Source of the DNA: Mobula hypostoma
Lineage: Eukaryota
DNA length: 64,000 nucleotides
Direction of reading: 5' to 3'
NCBI RefSeq assembly: GCF_963921235.1
Contig: NC_086108.1
Span: 26,474,001-26,538,000, forward strand
Shown here one piece after another: positions 62,775 through 64,000 of the stretch. Under the pieces are notes generated by a model. It did not search any database and was not told the origin of the DNA. It was given only the letters and a program-made list of their open reading frames with translations. The first letter of the stretch is position 1, and every line of letters starts with the position of its first letter. The position numbers were made by a program, and so were the translations under genes.

Positions 62775-64000
62775 GGAGCGAGCACTGATATCCTCAACTT
62801 CTCGCTTTGGCAGTCTGAGGTACCCACCTGCTTCAAGCGGGCTTCAAATATACCAGTGCCTAAGAAGAAAATGGCAATCTGTCTCAGTAACTGGAGTCCA
62901 GTAGCACTGACATCAGCTGTGATGAAGTGCTTTGGGAACATGATGATGAAACATATCAACTCCTGCCTGTGAAGTGACTTGGATCCACTCCAATTTGCCT
63001 ACTGGCATAACAGGTCCACAGCAGATGCCATTTCATTGGCTCTTCACTCAACACTGGAACCTCTGAACAGCAAAGGTGCCTACGTCAGGATGCTCTTCAT
63101 TGACTACAGCTCAGCATTCAACATTATCATTAGTCAAAACTAATAAATAAACTTCAAGACCTTGACGTCAATACCCCCGTGCAATTGGATCCTTGATTTC
63201 CTCATTTGCAAACCTCGGTCAGTTCTTATTGGCAAAAACATCTTCACAATCTCCATCAGTATAGGTGTACCATAAAGCTGTGTGTTTAGCCTCCAGCTCT
63301 ACTTACTTTATACTTATGACTGTGAGGCTAAGTACAGCTTCAATGCTATTTTTCAGTTTGCTGATGACGCCACTGTCATTGGCCTCATCAAAGGTGGTAA
63401 CGAATTAGCTGAAAACCTATCTGAGTGATGCCACAAGATCAACCTCTCACTTGATATCAGTAAGACCAAGGAGTTGATTATTGACTTCAGGAGGAGGAAA
63501 TCTGAGGGCCAGGAGCCAGTCCTCATCAGGGGATGAGCAACTTTAAGTTCCTTGGTGTTACCATTTCAGAGAATCTGTCTTGGGTCCATTATGAAGAAAG
63601 CATGGCAGTGTCTCTACATCCTTAGAAGTTTGTGAAGATTTGGCATGACATCTAAAACTTGTATAGATGTATGGTGGAGAGTATATTGACTGGTTGTATC
63701 AGGGCCTGGTATGGAAACACCAATGTCCTTGAATGGAAAATCCTACAAAAAGTAGTGAATACAATCCAGTCCATTATGGGTAAAACCCTCCCTACCATTG
63801 AACACATCTACATGGAGAACTGTCACAGGAAAGTAGTATCCATCATCAAGAACCCCCACCATCCAGGCTATGCTGTCTTGTTGCTGCTGCCATCAGGAAG
63901 AAGGTAGGGAGCTCAGGACCCACATCACCAGGTTCAGGAACAGTTATTAACCCTCAACCATCAGGCTCCTTGTACCAGAGTAGATAACATCACTCATCTT
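62775..64000 (+). mobile_element. Decayed Rex1/Babar LINE (RT region), running off the window
   Basis: [27 protein letters not shown] 63659..63907 YRCMVESILTGCI..LLPSGRR. Confidence 0.88.

Overview
Eukaryotic (vertebrate) genomic DNA, almost entirely intronic and transposon-rich. The repeat content (HE1/V-SINE-like SINEs, CR1, Rex1/Babar and Penelope families) suggests a cartilaginous fish, probably a ray; this is an inference. The only host-gene sequence recognised is two consecutive coding exons (+ strand, 41392-41582 and 45608-45786) of a BRINP-family MACPF-domain gene, closest to BRINP3/BRINP2. Its flanking introns extend beyond both window edges. Nearly all long ORFs belong to retroelements: a near full-length CR1, several Rex1/Babar LINEs, four Penelope-like (RT + GIY-YIG) copies, and relics of Dong/R4, Hero, Tx1, pogo/Tigger and hAT elements. 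The most striking structure is a young Penelope-derived family carrying a minimal type I hammerhead ribozyme (AGUC-CUGACGA-A-GGGUCUCGGCCU-GAAA-CGUC^GACU) in about 10 copies. It occurs in ORF-bearing elements and in tiny (100-280 bp) non-coding, TSD-flanked, often palindromic insertions. Several intact copies lie on the sense strand of the BRINP pre-mRNA. Repeat boundaries without a TSD are approximate, and family names come from motif recognition, not database searches.
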